From NCBI RefSeq assembly GCF_000017945.1, contig NC_009776.1, positions 1 through 32,000 on the forward strand: DNA of 32,000 nucleotides, read 5' to 3'. This stretch comes from Ignicoccus hospitalis KIN4/I. GTDB lineage: Archaea > Thermoproteota > Thermoprotei_A > Sulfolobales > Ignicoccaceae. The translations under genes were made by a program, and so were the position numbers. This document shows, piece after piece, positions 31,173-32,000 of the stretch (positions are counted from its first letter, which is position 1; every line of letters begins with the position of its first letter). The notes under the pieces were generated by a model, which worked only from the letters and a program-made list of their open reading frames with translations, did not search any database and was not told where the DNA came from.

Positions 31173-32000
31173 TCCTCAAACAACTCCTTACCTCCGATTT
31201 TCTTCTTAATTTCGTATAGTAACATTTTGTTCTTGGACTTTAAATAGTCTATAAATTCGTTTCTCCTAGAAGGTTCCATAAACCTCAATAGCATCGCGAC
31301 GTACCTGGTCCCTCCAGGCTCTTCCAACAAACGCTTTACAACTTTAGTGGTGCGCGACTTCCAATGAGGGTGCGAATAGTGGGCCAAGGCTTGGAGCACG
31401 AGGGCAGCCTGGTCCTCGCTCAGCTGTAACACTAGGTCAGGCTTTTCTATTAGCTCCTCTACAGAGATGCTCTTCGAGAACGCCCAGCTCACGAAGGCGT
31501 GAGCGGCCTCTGGGCCGACATAGGCACTGACCAACGTCGTCAACTCCTTTCTGAGCTCCTTGTTACCACTCCGCAAAGCGTCGTAGAGGTCCGGGTACGC
31601 GTTATACAAGGCCAAGGCTAAGCTCGACCAAGAGCGTGGCGTGGGGTAGGGCTCTAAGAGCTCCGTCTCTTCTGGGAGCTTGATCAAGTAGTCTCTGAAG
31701 GACTTGAGGAACGCGCAGACCTCCTTAGCCCACGAGTCGTTGTAGCGCTTCTGCATGTAGTTGCACCACATGTCCACAGATGGTTCCTTAACGTTAAAGA
31801 CTGCCAACCTGTTCAAGAGCGGGAGCGGTAAGGGTCTGGCTATGGAGCTGTACTCGGGGGGGTTACCCAAGGCTATGACAGGCTTCCTAAAGTAATACAA
31901 GTTAACCTTTTCTGACAGAACGATGTCGTAGGCAGCGCTAAGTACGGTATCGTCGTTTATGTTCGTAAATTCGTCCAGAATTACCAGCCCCGCCTTGGCT
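31169..32000 (-). CDS. AAA+ ATPase (MoxR/AAA_5-like), N-terminus outside the window
   Basis: The frame stays open beyond the TTG listed at 31900 to the window edge (…AKAGLVILDEFTNINDDTVLSAAYDIVLSEKVNLYYFRKPVIALGNPP…). Walker B is LVILDEF. LPLPLLNRLAVFNV and TPRSWSSLALAL resemble the MoxR sensor/lid motifs. Confidence 0.7.
   Translation of the reverse strand, partial: AKAGLVILDEFTNINDDTVLSAAYDIVLSEKVNLYYFRKPVIALGNPPEYSSIARPLPLPLLNRLAVFNVKEPSVDMWCNYMQKRYNDSWAKEVCAFLKSFRDYLIKLPEETELLEPYPTPRSWSSLALALYNAYPDLYDALRSGNKELRKELTTLVSAYVGPEAAHAFVSWAFSKSISVEELIEKPDLVLQLSEDQAALVLQALAHYSHPHWKSRTTKVVKRLLEEPGGTRYVAMLLRFMEPSRRNEFIDYLKSKNKMLLYEIKKKIGGKELFED

Noticed and set aside
1-32000. Scan for CRISPR arrays, IS elements or transposases, integrases, prophage genes and long tandem repeats.
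   Set aside because: No regularly spaced direct repeats and no transposase- or integrase-like translations were seen in any listed ORF. The only long repeat found by eye is the 43-bp inverted pair. A visual scan can miss dispersed short repeats.

Overview
The window reads as gene-dense chromosomal DNA from a hyperthermophilic crenarchaeote (Thermoproteota, possibly Desulfurococcales-like). That placement is an inference from gene content and tRNA/5S features. All product calls come from reading motifs in the supplied translations, with no database search.

I support about 32 protein genes, two tRNA genes and one 5S rRNA gene:
- tRNA-Thr(CGU) carries a 14-nt bulge-helix-bulge intron. tRNA-Met/Ile2(CAU) is the second tRNA. 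Both encode CCA.
- The 5S rRNA gene is unlinked to any 16S/23S genes.
- Housekeeping and RNA-metabolism genes dominate: aIF5B, type IA topoisomerase, aCPSF1, archease, GatB, an EndA-like non-catalytic subunit, a PUA protein and two ASCH proteins.
- Metabolic genes include a GlcD-like oxidase, MoaB, AroB, YjbQ, NAPRTase, a tungsten AOR, HisE and HisH.
- A surface module pairs AglB with a 1000-aa sequon-rich repeat protein.

I saw no CRISPR array, transposase or integrase.

The strongest finding is a 480-bp non-coding element at 26787-27266. A perfect 43-bp inverted repeat carries ORB-like TTCCAGTGGAA-GGGTAGGGGT boxes and flanks a core of about 31% G+C. I interpret it as a candidate replication origin with no orc1/cdc6 gene in the window. 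A small, very acidic winged-helix-like protein is encoded next to it.

Secondary observations:
- A tRNA gene lies 10 nt upstream of the endonuclease-subunit gene.
- An imperfect copy of the 5S 3' end sits in front of the 5S gene.
- Several divergent gene pairs appear to share a single A/T block as promoter.
- There are several uncharacterised gene pairs or fusions.

Many start codons are GTG/TTG and remain uncertain.
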